Assembly (NCBI GenBank): GCA_963745075.1
Contig: CAVUWV010000024.1
Span: 128,001 to 192,000, forward strand
Direction: 5' to 3'
From: Candidatus Hydrogenedentota bacterium
GTDB taxonomy: Bacteria; Hydrogenedentota; Hydrogenedentia; Hydrogenedentales; SLHB01
DNA length: 64,000 nt
The notes under the pieces were generated by a model, which was not told where the DNA came from, did no database searches, and worked only from the letters and a program-made list of their open reading frames with translations. How positions within the stretch are numbered: position 1 is the stretch's first letter; each line of letters begins with the position of its first letter. Shown here piece after piece: positions 62,339 to 64,000 of the stretch. The translations under genes were made by a program, and so were the position numbers.

Positions 62339-64000
62339 ATGCCGAAATATGTCTTCATAACGGGCGGGGTGGTTTCATCGGTCGGCAAAGGCGTTGCCGC
62401 GGCCAGTCTCGGATTGCTCCTCGAGGCGCGCGGGCTCAAAGTCGCCATGATGAAGCTGGATCCCTACATCAACGTCGACCCCGGGACGATGAATCCCTTC
62501 GAACACGGCGAGGTGTTCGTAACCGACGACGGCGCGGAAACCGACCTCGACCTGGGGCACTACCAGCGATTTACCCACGCCAAATTATCGCAGAAGAGCA
62601 ACGTCACCACCGGCGGCATTTACCACACCGTCATCGAAAAGGAACGCCGCGGGGAGTATCTCGGCAAGACCGTCCAGGTGATTCCCCACATCACGGATGA
62701 AATCAAGCGCCGTATCCGCTCGCTAACCGCCGAGCCGGAAGACGATGCCGACATCGCGCTGATCGAAGTGGGGGGGACCGTCGGCGACATCGAGAGCCTG
62801 CCCTTCATGGAGGCCATTCGCCAGTTCAACCTGGACATGTATCCCGAGCCCTGCTGCAACATCCACGTGACCCTGCTGCCGTTTATCGATGCCGCCGGTG
62901 AACTCAAGACCAAACCCACCCAGCACAGCGTGCGCGCGCTCCGCGATATCGGTATCCAACCCCAAGTCATCATTTGCCGCAGCGGCACCCACGAACTGGG
63001 CCCGGAACAGCGCCGCAAGATAGCTATGTTCTGTAACGTGATCGAAGACGCCATCATTGGCGCCCCCGACGTGTCGCCCGTCTACGCAATTCCACTGAAT
63101 TTCAGACGTCAGCGTTTCGACGATATCGTCTTAAGAACGTTGGGCCTGGAAGCGCCGGAAGCCGACCTCAAAGCCTGGTCGTCGTTCGTGGATAAAATCA
63201 CCCATCCCGCCGACGAGGTCCGCATCGCTGCCGTCGGCAAATACGTCGACCACGACGACGCCTATAAGAGCATCAACGAGGCCTTCGCCCACGCGGGCGT
63301 CGCGAACGACTGCCGGGTACGGCTGGAATGGGTCGATTCCGAGGTCTTCGAGAACGGCACACTTCCCAAGGAAAAGCTCGCCGCCTTTGACGGCGTTCTG
63401 ATTGGCCCCGGCTTCGGTTCGCGCGGCATCGAGGGCAAGATCCGCGCCGTAAACTACGTTCGCACATCGGGCAAACCCTTCTTCGGGATTTGCCTTGGGA
63501 TGCAAATCGCCGTCATCGAACTCGCGCGGACCTGCCTTGGGCTTCCCAAAGCCAATTCCACCGAATTCGACACCGAAACCCCCGATCCGATTATTTCGCT
63601 CCTCTCCGAGCAGCGCGGCGTGCGCGACCTCGGCGGCACCATGCGTCTCGGCGCGTACCGCTGCGATTTGAAGGATAGTACCAAGGCCCGCGACGCGTAT
63701 GGCGAGCCGTCCATCGAAGAGCGCCATCGGCACCGCTACGAGTTTAACAACGCCTATCTTGAACGCCTCGAGCGGGAAGCGGGCCTCGTAGTCAGCGGCG
63801 TTCATCCGCGAAACGACCACGAACTCGTCGAAATCGTCGAGTTGCGGGACCATCCGTGGTTCTGCGGCGTGCAGTTTCACCCCGAGTTCACGAGCATGCC
63901 CCTGAGACCGCAACCCTTGTTCCGAGAATTCGTCCGAGCCGCGTTGGAGTACAAACGGTCCCGGAATCCATCGGAGGCCGGCGTCCCGTCCGGCGTCTGA
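62339..64000 (+). CDS. pyrG: CTP synthase
   Basis: TGGVVSSVGKG, DPYINVDPGTM, KTKPTQHS, GICLGMQ, QFHPE. Confidence 0.97.
   Translation: MPKYVFITGGVVSSVGKGVAAASLGLLLEARGLKVAMMKLDPYINVDPGTMNPFEHGEVFVTDDGAETDLDLGHYQRFTHAKLSQKSNVTTGGIYHTVIEKERRGEYLGKTVQVIPHITDEIKRRIRSLTAEPEDDADIALIEVGGTVGDIESLPFMEAIRQFNLDMYPEPCCNIHVTLLPFIDAAGELKTKPTQHSVRALRDIGIQPQVIICRSGTHELGPEQRRKIAMFCNVIEDAIIGAPDVSPVYAIPLNFRRQRFDDIVLRTLGLEAPEADLKAWSSFVDKITHPADEVRIAAVGKYVDHDDAYKSINEAFAHAGVANDCRVRLEWVDSEVFENGTLPKEKLAAFDGVLIGPGFGSRGIEGKIRAVNYVRTSGKPFFGICLGMQIAVIELARTCLGLPKANSTEFDTETPDPIISLLSEQRGVRDLGGTMRLGAYRCDLKDSTKARDAYGEPSIEERHRHRYEFNNAYLERLEREAGLVVSGVHPRNDHELVEIVELRDHPWFCGVQFHPEFTSMPLRPQPLFREFVRAALEYKRSRNPSEAGVPSGV

Overview
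GC-rich bacterial chromosomal window. The prepilin/DUF1559 H-X9-DG-type gene suggests a Hydrogenedentota or PVC-like lineage (inference only). Bases 1-17755 are the right-hand part of a hybrid biosynthetic cluster. It starts with a 5'-truncated FAAL-ACP-KS-AT-KR-ACP-sulfotransferase PKS, which has the CurM/Ols olefin-synthase layout but no terminal thioesterase. This is translationally coupled, through a SLiM/beta-hairpin docking pair, to a three-module NRPS (C-A-T x3, TE). The predicted product is a 3-O-sulfated acyl-tripeptide, and this is the most interesting system here. The rest is mostly housekeeping: accA, yggU, yacL-ispD-ispF, tlyA-recN, a beta-CASP nuclease, fliW-csrA with glycosyltransferases, dnaE, pncC/cinA, GH89, a ytrA-type ABC operon, an SLT, and kdsB-pyrG. 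Also present are a small accessory island, several families of intergenic REP/MITE-like inverted repeats, and an unlisted 45-aa Zn-finger-like protein with its own RBS and terminator. Clustered single-base indels (NRPS, recN, PNP-like gene, ABC permease) look like assembly errors. No rRNA, tRNA or CRISPR array was recognised. Domain boundaries and A-domain codes were read by eye and are approximate.
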